This document shows, one piece after another, positions 28,033-38,645 of a stretch of DNA of 59,483 bases. Origin of the DNA: an uncultured Pseudomonadales bacterium (GTDB lineage Bacteria > Pseudomonadota > Gammaproteobacteria > Pseudomonadales > IMCC2047); the NCBI GenBank assembly GCA_947258415.1, contig CAMYIF010000001.1, positions 1 through 59,483 on the forward strand, in the 5' to 3' direction. Made by a program: the position numbers and the translations under genes. The first letter of the stretch is position 1; the number at the start of each line of letters is the position of its first letter. The notes under the pieces were generated by a model. That model made no database searches. It was not told the origin of the DNA and saw nothing but the letters and a program-made list of their open reading frames with translations.

Positions 28033-30120
28033 GTGCCTTTCGATTCAATGCAGAACAATAAAGAAACGGTTCGTTTACTTATACTGGATACTTCCCAGAA
28101 CGAAGCTGAAGAACTGATCAACCTGCTGCGTAATGCCGGACGTGCAACCCAGGCGCAATTACTGGATACCGAGCAGCAACTGAGTGAACTGCTGAATTCC
28201 AGGACGTGGGATATCTGCTTCGCCAATAACCGGGTAACCGACTTTACCCCATTTCAACTGCAAGCCTACCTTAAAAAACACGAACAGGACATTCCTGTTC
28301 TTATGATCGACAATGATCCCATACCAGAGCATCTGGTCCCCGCCCTCAAGGCCGGCATGCGGGATGTTGTTCCGGCAAAAGAGCAGGATCGGCTGTTACT
28401 GGTAGCCCTGCGTGAACTTGATAACCTGTATGCTCGAAGGGCACAGCGCAAGGCGGAAATTGGCCTGAAGGAAGCTGAAAAACGCTGCCGCCTGTTACTG
28501 GACAGTTCAAAAGATGCCATCGCCTATGTTCATGACGGAATGCATATCTACGCCAACCAGGCATACGTTAAACTGTTCGGATACCCGGATTTTGATGAGC
28601 TTGAAGGCATGCCCCTGATGGATATGGTTTCAAGCGATAGCCAGGCTGAACTGAAAACGTTCTTGCGCGATTACAATGCCGGCAATAACGAGGATGAAAG
28701 CATTGACTGCAAAGGAATTCGCTTTGACGATTCCGAATTTGATGCTCACATGGAATTCTCATCAGCCAAATATGACGGCGAAACCTGCACCCAGATTGTA
28801 ATTCGAACATCGAATGAAGCTGCGGCTGGATCTACGCAGAAAAAGGATATTCTCACCGGGCTGGAAAACCTGGAATCCCTGCATCAGCACATGGACAAGG
28901 CTATCCAGAAAGCCGTAGACCAAAGCCAGAAAAGTGCCGCTCTCTATATTCAACTGGACGATTTTGTACCGATTAAAAATCGCCTGGGCGTTTCCGGTAC
29001 CAACCTGCTGCTGGGGGACATAGCCAAAAGACTTTCTTCCAAAGTGGCAAGCCCTGATTTGTTGGCGCGTGTCAGCGATTACGGTTTTGCTGTTCTTACC
29101 TTCAAGCATGATCCCGAGGCGGCGGTTGCCCTTGGCCAGTCCATTTGCGACGTACTTGCAGCGAGTACTTTCGAAGTATCTGACCAACGCATTACGGTGA
29201 CTGCCAGCGTAGGTGTTTCGTTGATCAACGAAAACACTGCCAATGCCAAGGAAATTATCACCAAGGCCGAGGAAGCCGCCAAATTTTCCAGGCGTGAAAG
29301 TGGCTCCGGCAGCTGTGTCCACCTGCACAGCAGCGAAGAACAATCTGCCGCGCATAATGAAAAGATCGTAAAACTTCTCGAAACCGCGCTGGAAAAAGAA
29401 CTCTTTAAACAGGTCTTCCAACCCATTGTCAGTTTACGCGGCGATACGGGTGAACATTACGAAATGTTGCTGCGAATTCCCGACGAGTCTGGTAACGATA
29501 TTAGCCCGGCAGAATTCCTGCAGGTTGCGTCCAACCAGGGCATTGCCAAGGATATTGATCGCTGGGTCATCGAGAAATCAATCGCCAATATAAAGAAACA
29601 CCTGGACAAGGGTCATAAAACACACGTATTTATAAATATCACCGTCGAATCCATGCTCGACAATACGCTGTTGCCCTGGCTCGGTTCTTTATTAAACGAT
29701 GCACGAATGCCCGGTGACAGCATAATTTTTCAAATCAGTGAAACCGACGCAACTTCCAACCTGAGTGCCGCCAGGGAATTTATCAAGGGTGTAAACCAAC
29801 TGGAGTGCAAAGCGGCGCTTACGCATTTTGGCCGGGCATTGAATCCATTTGCCACCCTAAAATCTCTGCCAGTAAGTTTTGTTAAAATTGACAGCTCATT
29901 CGTTACCGAAATTGTTAAAAGCGACGAATCAAAAGAAGAGCTAAAAACACTGATCAGTTCCTTGCACACCCAGGGCAAGCTGACTATTGCGCCCATGGTC
30001 GACTCGGCCAGTTTATTACCCGTTCTCTGGCAAGCCGGGATCAATTACATCCAGGGTTACTATATTCAGCATCCCAGTGAAAATATGGATTATGACTTTT
30101 CCACCGAAGATGACGAATAA
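28033..30120 (+). CDS. fimX: FimX-like c-di-GMP receptor (degenerate REC - PAS - degenerate GGDEF - degenerate EAL)
   Basis: 695 aa from GTG 28033; ATG 28048 (MQNNKETVRLLILD) is an alternative start. The REC domain lacks its acceptor Asp (WDICFANN). GGDEF is replaced by SDYGF (29074-29088). EAL is replaced by EML (29461-29469). DDFG becomes THFG and EGVE becomes PMVD. Confidence 0.85.
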   Translation: MPFDSMQNNKETVRLLILDTSQNEAEELINLLRNAGRATQAQLLDTEQQLSELLNSRTWDICFANNRVTDFTPFQLQAYLKKHEQDIPVLMIDNDPIPEHLVPALKAGMRDVVPAKEQDRLLLVALRELDNLYARRAQRKAEIGLKEAEKRCRLLLDSSKDAIAYVHDGMHIYANQAYVKLFGYPDFDELEGMPLMDMVSSDSQAELKTFLRDYNAGNNEDESIDCKGIRFDDSEFDAHMEFSSAKYDGETCTQIVIRTSNEAAAGSTQKKDILTGLENLESLHQHMDKAIQKAVDQSQKSAALYIQLDDFVPIKNRLGVSGTNLLLGDIAKRLSSKVASPDLLARVSDYGFAVLTFKHDPEAAVALGQSICDVLAASTFEVSDQRITVTASVGVSLINENTANAKEIITKAEEAAKFSRRESGSGSCVHLHSSEEQSAAHNEKIVKLLETALEKELFKQVFQPIVSLRGDTGEHYEMLLRIPDESGNDISPAEFLQVASNQGIAKDIDRWVIEKSIANIKKHLDKGHKTHVFINITVESMLDNTLLPWLGSLLNDARMPGDSIIFQISETDATSNLSAAREFIKGVNQLECKAALTHFGRALNPFATLKSLPVSFVKIDSSFVTEIVKSDESKEELKTLISSLHTQGKLTIAPMVDSASLLPVLWQAGINYIQGYYIQHPSENMDYDFSTEDDE

Positions 30121-30133
30121 CGCAAGATCACGC

Positions 30134-30162
30134 AAAAAAAGGGGCTTTTCGGCCCCTTTTTT
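30134..30162. terminator. bidirectional rho-independent terminator between the fimX-like and mscS genes
   Basis: AAAAAAA-GGGGC-ttttcg-GCCCC-TTTTTT read directly. A GC stem flanked by an A-run and a T-run serves both convergent genes. Confidence 0.75.
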
Positions 30163-30164
30163 CA

Positions 30165-31001
30165 TTACTGCCCGGTTGAAGCGGCGGGCACCTGGTGCAA
30201 ATGCACGTCCTGTTGCGGGTATGGAATACTGACACCCTCCTTGTCGAATGTTTTCTTGACCGCTTCGTGCATGTCAAAAAACACTCCCCAGTAATCTTGA
30301 GATTTAACCCAGGTTCGTACCTTGAAGTTTACCGAACTATTCGCCAGCTCAGCCAGCAGAATTGCCGGCGCCGGGTCTTTGAAGATCCGCTCATCGGCAT
30401 CGATCAATGACTGCAGGATCTTCTTGGCTTTGTCTATATCATCATCGTAACCAATACCAAACACCATATCGACTCTTCGTGTCTCTTCGGTTGAATAATT
30501 GGTAATGCTGCCGTTAGCGATAGGTCCGTTAGGAATAAACACGGTTTTATTATCCGGTGTTTTCAATATGGTAGTAAAAATCTGGATCGCATAAACCGTT
30601 CCTGAGTGTCCCTGCGATTCAATAAAATCACCGACCTTGTATGGGCGAAACATCAGCAATAATACACCGCCAGCGAAATTGGCCAGACTACCCTGCAACG
30701 CCAGTCCGATAGCCAGGCCAGCCGCACCAATGATGGCGATAAAGGAGGTTGTCTCAACACCTATCATCGAAGCAACACTGATAATCAGCAACGCCTTGAG
30801 GATAATTCCGACCAGGTTAACCAGAAAGCGTCTTAAAGTAACATCGACTTCCTTTCGGATCATTGCCGCTCGCATCAGTGCAACCACCCGTTTTATCACC
30901 CAGAAACCGATAAACAGTACCAGTAATGCCAGCACCAGATCGGCACCATAAATCAGTCCGAACTCGATAATTTTCTCTGAATTTTCTTCAATCATTTCCA
31001 T
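30165..31001 (-). CDS. small-conductance mechanosensitive channel (MscS family)
   Basis: 278 aa. Three N-terminal TM helices are followed by the MscS beta-domain (PYKVGDFIE..GHSGTVYAIQIFTT). Confidence 0.9.
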   Translation of the reverse strand: MEMIEENSEKIIEFGLIYGADLVLALLVLFIGFWVIKRVVALMRAAMIRKEVDVTLRRFLVNLVGIILKALLIISVASMIGVETTSFIAIIGAAGLAIGLALQGSLANFAGGVLLLMFRPYKVGDFIESQGHSGTVYAIQIFTTILKTPDNKTVFIPNGPIANGSITNYSTEETRRVDMVFGIGYDDDIDKAKKILQSLIDADERIFKDPAPAILLAELANSSVNFKVRTWVKSQDYWGVFFDMHEAVKKTFDKEGVSIPYPQQDVHLHQVPAASTGQ

Positions 31002-31075
31002 AACACAACCTTCTCTTCGGTGTTTATCTTATCTTTGCAGGGGTGGTCATTTAAAACTGCGACACTATACACGAA

Positions 31076-32296
31076 CTAGCCAACGTCGAACCAGTCCCGG
31101 TCGCTGAAACCGATCAGGTACAAAATTCCATCGAGCCCCAGGTTCGATATCGCGTGGCGCGCTGATTCCCTCACCACGGGTTTGGCACGAAAAGCGATAC
31201 CCAGTCCGGCAATACTCAACATCGGCAAGTCATTGGCCCCATCGCCAACGGCTATCACCTGTTCAAGCTTGATGTTTTCCTGCTGGGCGATTTCCCTGAG
31301 TAAAAGTGCTTTTCGGTCGCCATCAATCACATTACCCGTGACTCGACCGGTGACGGCTCCCTGTTCTATTTCCAGTTCGTTGGCATAAACGTAATCTATA
31401 CCCAGCTTTTTTTGTAACTTTCTTGCAAAATAGGTAAACCCGCCCGAAAGTACCGCTGTTTTATAACCCAGTGCCCGCAACGTTGCGATCAGTTTAACGG
31501 CACCCTCTGTGAGGGTTAACCGCCCGGCGACTTTTTCCAATACACTTTCTTCCAGGCCCTTGAGCAGGGCAACGCGCTGTTTGAAGCTTTCCTTGAAATT
31601 AATCTCGCCCCGCATTGCCTTCTCGGTAATCGTGCTCACCTGGTCGCCGACACCGGCTTCCTTGGCGAGCTCATCTATAACCTCGGCCTCGATCAGGGTT
31701 GAGTCCATATCGAAGACCACCAGGCGGCGATAACGCCTGAATATATTTTCTTCCTGGAAAGCGATATCCACGTTAAGCTCGTTTGCCGCGGCCAACAGGG
31801 CCGCTCGTAGATCATTCAGGCTGGAAGTTTCGCCCTTAAGCGTAAATTCGACGCAGGCTTTGGTAAAGTTCGGGTCCGCATCCAGGTCAACCCGACCGGA
31901 TAAGCGGTTTATTTTGCCGATATTGAGTCCGTACTGAACGACAATCTGGCTGATTTTGTGGATATGACTGGCCCGAATTTCTCGCCCCAGTAAAGTGACT
32001 ATGTGCCTGGGTTTATCCTGGTCCTCGATCCAGCGGAGATACTCTGACTTGTCAACAGGTTCAACAAAAAGCTTCACCTCCGGTGTACTCAAATGATCGC
32101 TGATCGTTTTGTGCAACGCCTTTTGATCGCAATCCTGGTCCAGATAAACCAGCACCCCAAGCGACAGGCTTTCATGGATAACTGCCTGTCCTATATCCAG
32201 AATCCTTGCATGGTGCTGGGCGAGTATTTTGGTCAGATCGGCCGTCATTCCCGGCTGGTCATGACAGGATACGTTTATCAGGAATAATTGGCTCAA
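31076..32296 (-). CDS. serB: phosphoserine phosphatase with N-terminal ACT-like domains
   Basis: 406 aa. The HAD motif I is [10 protein letters not shown], and GDGANDLPM is also present. The only possible start is TTG 32296, because a stop lies 2 codons upstream in frame. It overlaps the parC TGA as TTGA. Confidence 0.9.
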   Translation of the reverse strand: MSQLFLINVSCHDQPGMTADLTKILAQHHARILDIGQAVIHESLSLGVLVYLDQDCDQKALHKTISDHLSTPEVKLFVEPVDKSEYLRWIEDQDKPRHIVTLLGREIRASHIHKISQIVVQYGLNIGKINRLSGRVDLDADPNFTKACVEFTLKGETSSLNDLRAALLAAANELNVDIAFQEENIFRRYRRLVVFDMDSTLIEAEVIDELAKEAGVGDQVSTITEKAMRGEINFKESFKQRVALLKGLEESVLEKVAGRLTLTEGAVKLIATLRALGYKTAVLSGGFTYFARKLQKKLGIDYVYANELEIEQGAVTGRVTGNVIDGDRKALLLREIAQQENIKLEQVIAVGDGANDLPMLSIAGLGIAFRAKPVVRESARHAISNLGLDGILYLIGFSDRDWFDVG

Positions 32297-34587
32297 TTCG
32301 GGTCATCCTGTTTTGCGGTTAAATTAGTACCGGGTTTGCTTTCGACTTCGACCCTGTCCACCTTTTGAAAACCACGTGGTAATTTATTGCCTCGCCTGCC
32401 GCGCTCACCGAAGTAGTTCTGCAACTCGGTAAACCGGATTTTTAAATAACGTTTGCCTGCATGCACTACCAGCACGTCGGTTTCAAGCAGTACCGTAATG
32501 GCAACAACATACTCTTCTCGCGAGGCAGCCCGCTTGGGGAGTATTTGAATGATCTTGTTACCCTTGCCTTTAGTCAGGATCGGCAACTCTTCAAGCGGGA
32601 ACACCAGTAATCGACCTTCGTTGGTGATAGCCGCCAACCATTGCTTTTCAATATCGAACACATTAACCGGGGGTAATACGCGGGCACCTGGAGGCAGGCT
32701 GATGGCGGCTTTGCCGGCACGGTTCTTGGTGGCCAGGTTTTTCAGCCGGGTAACAAAACCATAGCCTGCATCTGAAGCAACCAGGACGTATTGCCGTTGA
32801 TCGCCAATGGCAGCACACTCAAACCGGGCGCCATTTGGGACGTTCAATCTTCCTGTCAGGGGCTCGCCCTGGCCGCGTGCCGAAGGCAGGGTATGTGCGG
32901 CCAGTGTGTACGCACGCCCCGCAGAATCGAAAAACACCGCGTTATGACTGCTTCGTCCCTTGGCATGGCTCATGTAATCATCGCCCGATTTGTAGGTTAA
33001 CCCCATCGGATCGATGTCGTGTCCTTTGGCAGCCCGAACCCATCCCTGCTGTGAAACGATAACCGTAATCGGCTCTGAGGTCAGCAAATCGGTTTCGGTA
33101 AAGGCCTGCGCATCTTCGCGCACTACGATCGGCGATCGACGCTCGTCGCCATAAAGCTCTGCGGCTTCAATAATTTCCTTTTTAATCAGGGTTTTCATAC
33201 GTTGTTTCGATGCCAGCGTCTTCTCCAGGAACATACGTTCATGTTCGAGTTCGGCCTGCTCACCGCGGATCTTTATTTCTTCCAGCTTGGCAAGATGACG
33301 TAATTTTAAATCCAGTATGGCTTCTGCCTGTACCGAAGATAACTCGAAACGCTTCATCAGCACCGGCTTCGGCTTGTCTTCGTGGCGTATTATCGCGATC
33401 ACTTCATCGATATTCAGGTAGGCAATTAATAAACCTTCGAGAACATGCAGGCGATCCAGCACCAGATCCAGACGGTGTTGCAGCCGACGCCGTACCACTT
33501 GCGTGCGATACTTTAACCATTCCCTTAACAATTCGACCAGGTTGCGAACCTTTGGCCGGCCATCCAGGCCGACTATGTTCATATTTACCCGGTAGGTACG
33601 TTCCAGGTCGGTAGTGGCATACAAATGCGCCAACAACGACTGACGGTCGATGCGGTTAGAACGCGGTGTAATGACCAGGCGAGTCGGGTTTTCGTGATCC
33701 GATTCATCGCGCAAATCCGACACCATAGGCAGCTTTTTGGCCTGCATTTGCGCCGCGATTTGCTCGAGCACTTTTGCTCCCGATACCTGGTGAGGTAGCG
33801 CGGTAATCACTATGTCAGCGTCTTCGTCAATATACGTCGCTCGCATGCGCAGACTGCCGCGCCCGCTTTCGTACATTTTCAGGATTTCTTTCCTGGGCGT
33901 TATAATTTCCGCACTGGTCGGGAAATCCGGTCCCTGTATCTGCTCACACAATTGCGCCACGCTTGCCTTCGGATTATCCAGCAACTGGATGCAGGCACTG
34001 GCCACTTCCCTCAGGTTATGTGGCGGGATATCGGTAGCCATGCCTACCGCAATGCCGGTGCTGCCGTTCAGCAATACATTAGGTAACCGGGCAGGCAATA
34101 CGGTTGGCTCGCGCAATGTGCCGTCAAAGTTCATGGTCCAGTCGACGGTTCCCTGGCCCAGTTCCGACAGCAATACCTCGGCGTAAGGGGTCAATCGCGA
34201 CTCGGTGTAACGCATGGCGGCAAAAGATTTTGGGTCATCGGGTGAGCCCCAGTTTCCCTGTCCGTCGACCAGCGGGTAACGATACGAAAAAGGTTGCGCC
34301 ATTAACACCATAGCCTCGTAACAGGCGCTGTCTCCGTGTGGATGGAATTTACCCAGGACATCACCGACGGTTCTCGCTGACTTTTTAAACTTGGCCGTGG
34401 CTTTCAAGCCCAGCTCGGACATTGCATAAACAATCCGGCGTTGCACCGGCTTCAGGCCATCGCCGATATGCGGCAAGGCGCGATCGAGAATCACGTACAT
34501 GGAATAATTCAGGTACGCATCCTCGGTATATTTTTGCAGCGGTATTTTCTCTATATCATCCGCAAATACTGTGACGTCATCCGTCAT
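32293..34587 (-). CDS. parC: DNA topoisomerase IV subunit A
   Basis: 764 aa. [25 protein letters not shown] and the catalytic-Tyr context AAMRYTE are present. It is paired with parE. Confidence 0.97.
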   Translation of the reverse strand: MTDDVTVFADDIEKIPLQKYTEDAYLNYSMYVILDRALPHIGDGLKPVQRRIVYAMSELGLKATAKFKKSARTVGDVLGKFHPHGDSACYEAMVLMAQPFSYRYPLVDGQGNWGSPDDPKSFAAMRYTESRLTPYAEVLLSELGQGTVDWTMNFDGTLREPTVLPARLPNVLLNGSTGIAVGMATDIPPHNLREVASACIQLLDNPKASVAQLCEQIQGPDFPTSAEIITPRKEILKMYESGRGSLRMRATYIDEDADIVITALPHQVSGAKVLEQIAAQMQAKKLPMVSDLRDESDHENPTRLVITPRSNRIDRQSLLAHLYATTDLERTYRVNMNIVGLDGRPKVRNLVELLREWLKYRTQVVRRRLQHRLDLVLDRLHVLEGLLIAYLNIDEVIAIIRHEDKPKPVLMKRFELSSVQAEAILDLKLRHLAKLEEIKIRGEQAELEHERMFLEKTLASKQRMKTLIKKEIIEAAELYGDERRSPIVVREDAQAFTETDLLTSEPITVIVSQQGWVRAAKGHDIDPMGLTYKSGDDYMSHAKGRSSHNAVFFDSAGRAYTLAAHTLPSARGQGEPLTGRLNVPNGARFECAAIGDQRQYVLVASDAGYGFVTRLKNLATKNRAGKAAISLPPGARVLPPVNVFDIEKQWLAAITNEGRLLVFPLEELPILTKGKGNKIIQILPKRAASREEYVVAITVLLETDVLVVHAGKRYLKIRFTELQNYFGERGRRGNKLPRGFQKVDRVEVESKPGTNLTAKQDDPN

Positions 34588-34652
34588 TTACTTAATCCTT
34601 TCCATATTGTTACGAGGCAAGTTTCCAAGTGCCGGAATCAAAATTATATTGA

Positions 34653-36542
34653 TTAAAGACGGCCGATATGTCCCTTCTCTTCAAGCCAGCGCTTTCGGTC
34701 GGCTGCACGTTTTTTAGCCAGCATTTTATCCATGGTTTCGAAGGTGTTATCCCCGGCGTCAAGGGTTAGCTGGATCAGCCGGCGCGTATCGGGCGCCATG
34801 GTTGTTTCGCGTAACTGCAGGGGATTCATTTCGCCCAGCCCCTTGAATCGCTGCACGTTTATTTTGCCTTTTTTCTTTTCCGCTGCGATACGGTTAAGCA
34901 CGCCCTGTTTTTCGTAATCACTCAGGGCGTAATAAACTTCCTTGTTGATATCGATGCGATACAGGGGCGGCATGGCGACATAGACGTGCCCGCCGGTCAC
35001 CAGGGGTTTAAAATGCCTCACAAACAGGGCGCATAGCAGGGTTGCAATATGCAGCCCGTCTGAGTCCGCATCGGCCAGTATGCAAATCTTGCCGTAACGC
35101 AAACCGTCAAGTTTGTCGGAAGCGGGATCAACTCCCAGGGCAACCGAGATATCGTGGACCTCGCTGGAAGCCAGTATCTGGTTCGAGTCGACCTCCCAGG
35201 TATTGAGTATTTTGCCACGCAAGGGCAGTATCGCCTGGAACTGGCGTTCGCGTGCCTGTTTGGCCGAGCCGCCGGCGGAGTCTCCTTCGACCAGGAACAA
35301 TTCGGTCTGGTTAACATCCTGGCTGGAACAATCGGCCAGTTTTCCCGGTAAAGCAGGGCCGGTGGTTACTTTTTTTCGAACTACTTTCTTGCTGGCACGC
35401 AAGCGTTTCTGCGCGTTGTTAATGGCCATATCGGCGAGCAGTTCTGCGGCTTCGGTATGGCTATTCAGCCACAGGCTGAAGGCATCCTTGACCACACCCG
35501 AGACAAAAGGCGCGCATTGGCGCGAAGACAACCGCTCCTTGGTTTGTCCTGAAAATTGAGGGTCCAGCATTTTCACCGACAGAATATAGGCGCAGCGATC
35601 CCATATATCATCGGGGGATAGTTTAACGCCCCTCGGCAACAGGCTGCGGAACTCGCAGAATTCACGCATCGCTTCGAGCAAGCCGCTGCGAAACCCGTTA
35701 ACGTGCGTACCACCCTGGGCCGTCGGAATAAGGTTTACATAGCTTTCCGTGGTTAACTCTCCGCCCTGGGGCAACCACTGCACGGCCCAATCCACCGCTT
35801 CCTGTTCTGCTGCCATCGAGCCGGTAAAGGGGGTTTCAGGGACCAGATCATAACCCCGGGTGGAAGACATCAGGTAGTCAGGCAGGCCATCCTGGTAATG
35901 CCAGGTTTCGCTCTTGTTATTTTGGTGATCGGTAAAGTTGACTTCAAGCCCGGGGCACAATACGGCCTTGGCGCGTAATACGTGTTTGAGTCGTGGAACC
36001 GATATCTTCGGCGAATCGAAATACTTTCCGTCCGGCCCAAAAGTTACCTGTGTACCCGTGTTGCGCTGTCCAACCGTCTCGACAACCGCCAGATCTTCAA
36101 TTTTTTCACCGTCGGCAAAGGCCATTTTATACTTCTGGCCGTTGCGTTTGATCACTACTTCGAGACGCCTGGAAAGGGCATTGACGACCGACACACCAAC
36201 ACCGTGCAATCCACCGGAAAACCGGTAGTGATCGTTGGAAAACTTGCCCCCGGCGTGCAACCGGGTCAGGATCAGTTCCACCCCGCTGAGCCCCTCTTCC
36301 GGGTGGATATCGACCGGCATACCTCGACCGTTATCCGATACGGATAGCGAACCATCTTCGAACAGTTCAACATCAATTTTTTTAGCGAAGCCGGCAACTG
36401 CTTCATCAACACTGTTATCGATGACTTCCTGCGCCAAATGATTTGGCCGGCTGGTTTCAGTGTACATACCCGGGCGACGTTTTACCGGGTCAAGGCCGCT
36501 CAGTATTTCTATTGATTCGGCGTTATAGGTTGCCGTTGTCAT
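34653..36542 (-). CDS. parE: DNA topoisomerase IV subunit B
   Basis: 629 aa. The GHKL ATPase motifs (RRPGMYT, DNGRGMP, GGLHGVG) and the Toprim motifs (EGDSAGG, DADSDGLHI) are present. Confidence 0.97.
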   Translation of the reverse strand: MTTATYNAESIEILSGLDPVKRRPGMYTETSRPNHLAQEVIDNSVDEAVAGFAKKIDVELFEDGSLSVSDNGRGMPVDIHPEEGLSGVELILTRLHAGGKFSNDHYRFSGGLHGVGVSVVNALSRRLEVVIKRNGQKYKMAFADGEKIEDLAVVETVGQRNTGTQVTFGPDGKYFDSPKISVPRLKHVLRAKAVLCPGLEVNFTDHQNNKSETWHYQDGLPDYLMSSTRGYDLVPETPFTGSMAAEQEAVDWAVQWLPQGGELTTESYVNLIPTAQGGTHVNGFRSGLLEAMREFCEFRSLLPRGVKLSPDDIWDRCAYILSVKMLDPQFSGQTKERLSSRQCAPFVSGVVKDAFSLWLNSHTEAAELLADMAINNAQKRLRASKKVVRKKVTTGPALPGKLADCSSQDVNQTELFLVEGDSAGGSAKQARERQFQAILPLRGKILNTWEVDSNQILASSEVHDISVALGVDPASDKLDGLRYGKICILADADSDGLHIATLLCALFVRHFKPLVTGGHVYVAMPPLYRIDINKEVYYALSDYEKQGVLNRIAAEKKKGKINVQRFKGLGEMNPLQLRETTMAPDTRRLIQLTLDAGDNTFETMDKMLAKKRAADRKRWLEEKGHIGRL

Positions 36543-36554
36543 AATATCTGTAAC

Positions 36555-37184
36555 CTATGTGTTTCGTTGCCGGTAAGAATACGCATCCATACCGGAAAAT
36601 GCCATGATCCGGGGAATGATACGCTCAAAGTTATCAAACCCGTGTGAACCACCCTTCTCCAGGCACAGGTGACAATGACGAAATTTCCTTGCTGCATCCC
36701 GGTAATCCAGCGTATCGTCGGCCGTCTGCAAAAAGACCAGGTGATTTTCTGGTTTGCTGATGGTTACCACCTCAAAATCTTTTAACTGGGCAATATGTTC
36801 ACGGGTAAATTCATACTGCTCGTCGGTATGGTAATTGGTATTAATCCCTATACAGTCTTCCAGTAACTGTGCCGGAAAGACTGCCGGGTTTATATGCACT
36901 ACTTTCAAATCGTATGCCTCTGAAAGGTATGTCGCATAATACCCGCCTAAAGAACTGCCGATCAATGTTATATCGCACCGATCTTTGTATTCAACGACCA
37001 GATTTTGCAGATTTTTGATGGCGGTAGCTGGTTCGACATCCAGTTCAGGAACAAGGTAGTGACAGGCGAGCTGTTTTTCAGCAAGGTATTTCCCGAGTTG
37101 CCGCGCCTTGAATGACGCAGGTGAACTGTTAAATCCATGCAGGTAAATAATCAGCGGCGTAGGCAACATTGCAAAAGTGTGCAC
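36555..37184 (-). CDS. yqiA: YqiA-family esterase
   Basis: It has YLHGFNSSP and GSSLGG (nucleophile elbow). The start may be ATG 37169 (MLPTPL). It ends 12 nt upstream of parE. Confidence 0.8.
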   Translation of the reverse strand: MHTFAMLPTPLIIYLHGFNSSPASFKARQLGKYLAEKQLACHYLVPELDVEPATAIKNLQNLVVEYKDRCDITLIGSSLGGYYATYLSEAYDLKVVHINPAVFPAQLLEDCIGINTNYHTDEQYEFTREHIAQLKDFEVVTISKPENHLVFLQTADDTLDYRDAARKFRHCHLCLEKGGSHGFDNFERIIPRIMAFSGMDAYSYRQRNT

Positions 37185-37307
37185 ACATCAGGGTAATGCA
37201 CTGTATTTTAAGCCAAACTGCAAGCCAGTAGCCAGTTGCAATTAACAGATCAAAAGCGGAATTTTTCAGAAAAAACCGGGTGGCAGGAAACGCTAAAGTT
37301 TCGCTTG

Positions 37308-37940
37308 TTATTGGTCCGGCTCGGGCATCCCCTCGAAAAAGTCGACAACGCCGCTTTCCAGCGAGTATTCTGCGCCCACAACCAGTAACTCGCCTCTATT
37401 GATCAGGAATTCAAGGGTTCTGGATCCATGGCGCAAATGATCGGCTGCACACATGATGTTTGCCCGGATAGATGACTCCAGCAATGAATCAGGGTCATTC
37501 CGAAGTTCGGTTTCCAGCAAGGGTTCCACAGAGGGACGAATGCGGTCAACAATAGAGCGAAGATTTGGCGAGCGGTTTTTCATCGGTCGGTCAAGCTCGT
37601 CCAGGGTAGCCTTGACCGCGCCGCATTGTGAGTGCCCCATGACAACAACCAGCTTTGTACCGAACACCTTGGCAGCGAACTCTACACTGCCCACCTGGGA
37701 TGGGGCAACGATATTACCGGCTACGCGAATCACAAAAAGATCACCCAGGCCCTGGTCGAATATCATTTCGGCAGGTGCGCGCGAGTCCGAGCAACCCAGG
37801 ATGATGGCGAATGGCTCCTGCCCGGAAACCAGTTCTGACCGCCGCGCCTGGCAGGCATCCAGGTTGCCGATTTGAACATCCGATACAAAACGACGATTTC
37901 CTTCTATCAACTTTTCGAGTGCTTCTTGCGCTGTTTTCAT
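37308..37940 (-). CDS. beta-class carbonic anhydrase
   Basis: 210 aa. The zinc ligands lie in the contexts GCSDSR and GHSQCGA. Confidence 0.9.
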   Translation of the reverse strand: MKTAQEALEKLIEGNRRFVSDVQIGNLDACQARRSELVSGQEPFAIILGCSDSRAPAEMIFDQGLGDLFVIRVAGNIVAPSQVGSVEFAAKVFGTKLVVVMGHSQCGAVKATLDELDRPMKNRSPNLRSIVDRIRPSVEPLLETELRNDPDSLLESSIRANIMCAADHLRHGSRTLEFLINRGELLVVGAEYSLESGVVDFFEGMPEPDQ

Positions 37941-38095
37941 TGCTGCTTGATCCCGGTCCGATTTTTATTGTTTTGCATCTGTGCAGTCTGCTTGTTTTGG
38001 AACTTCATTTATTATTTATAAACTTATTATGCGGCTGTTTTTGCTGGATTTTAGCATTAACTACAGGTATTCCGAATATCATTACTTGCATGAAT

Positions 38096-38554
38096 TTACA
38101 GGATGCCTTCCAGGCTCAGGGGCTCGGTGGCATAACCATGCTGTATGCATTGGCTTAACCATTCCCCTAAATAGGCGTTGAGCTGCTCTTTTTCGTCACT
38201 GTGGAACATTTTCTCGTTGGGGTAGGCATAGGACCCTTTGAATTGACCCCGGCTTTTACTATCGACCACTTCTGCCATTTCTGCATCGTGATACATTCTT
38301 ATAACCAGGACGGGTTTACTCAGCCAGGAACCCGGTCGATCCTGCTGGTTGATACTGACTGTGGAGGTATACTTGAAACGTTCGGTTACTTCAAAACTGA
38401 CACGGCCGGTTAACCCTTCCCTGGATCGAACCCCCCAAAGCCATTTATCCCGGCTGTCAAATTCAGGCATGAGTTTTAACAGTCGCACATAATTGGATTC
38501 GCTTTCGGCCATTAACCGGTTTAAATCGGGCACATAGCGTATATTTTTTATCAC
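38096..38554 (-). CDS. yqiB: DUF1249 (YqiB-like) protein
   Basis: 152 aa. SESNYVRLLKLMP resembles YqiB. Its position between nudF and yqiA is conserved as in enterobacteria. Confidence 0.7.
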   Translation of the reverse strand: MIKNIRYVPDLNRLMAESESNYVRLLKLMPEFDSRDKWLWGVRSREGLTGRVSFEVTERFKYTSTVSINQQDRPGSWLSKPVLVIRMYHDAEMAEVVDSKSRGQFKGSYAYPNEKMFHSDEKEQLNAYLGEWLSQCIQHGYATEPLSLEGIL

Positions 38555-38645
38555 CTTGTTAACACCCTGACCTCTGCCCCATTACCCTTGAATACCTCTT
38601 CAATTAAACGAATTAATACGCTCGATGCAAAATATACCATCAGCA

